Below, one piece after another: positions 63,975 through 64,000 of a stretch of 64,000 nt of DNA. The stretch's first letter is position 1. Every line of letters begins with the position of its first letter. The position numbers were made by a program, and so were the translations under genes. The notes under the pieces were generated by a model that ran no database searches, was not told the origin of the DNA, and worked only from the letters and a program-made list of their open reading frames with translations. The stretch comes from Antedon mediterranea (Eukaryota > Animalia > Echinodermata): the NCBI RefSeq assembly GCF_964355755.1, contig NC_092673.1, positions 19,527,648 to 19,591,647 on the forward strand. The letters are read 5' to 3'.

Positions 63975-64000
63975 ATGATCAAAAACGTTTGTGATCACAT

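Overview
AT-rich eukaryotic genomic DNA with GT-AG introns and a dense load of transposons and minisatellites. It is most likely a marine invertebrate deuterostome such as an echinoderm (inference from repeat and gene style). One intron-rich + strand gene spans most of the window. I can splice 24 exons by hand (20203-62626, ~1080 codons, continuing past the window end): ankyrin N-cap, six one-repeat-per-exon ankyrin units, C-cap, Roc GTPase (GQEGVGKT / TDGI / WDHGGQ / THKG), COR, and a symmetric exon encoding a two-helix hydrophobic hairpin. Upstream lie a ZU5 fragment ending in a PIDD-like HFSW motif and a frameshifted death-effector-like exon. The ankyrin exons are phase 0-0 and sit in tandem 0.33-kb and 1.5-kb genomic units. 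Their differences are mostly non-synonymous and cluster at the ligand-binding positions, which suggests an exon-shuffling, diversifying Roco receptor. One apparent frameshift in a COR exon means this copy may be a recent pseudogene. The introns hold two Penelope elements with inverted ends and hammerhead motifs, a tiny hairpin-flanked hammerhead element, a Gypsy LTR element nested in an Academ-like DNA transposon, Helitron/Helentron elements, several LINE fragments, Kolobok/Tc2/Harbinger-like MITEs, a 5S rRNA-headed Deu-domain SINE-like element and several minisatellites. All calls come from reading the sequence; no database searches were run.
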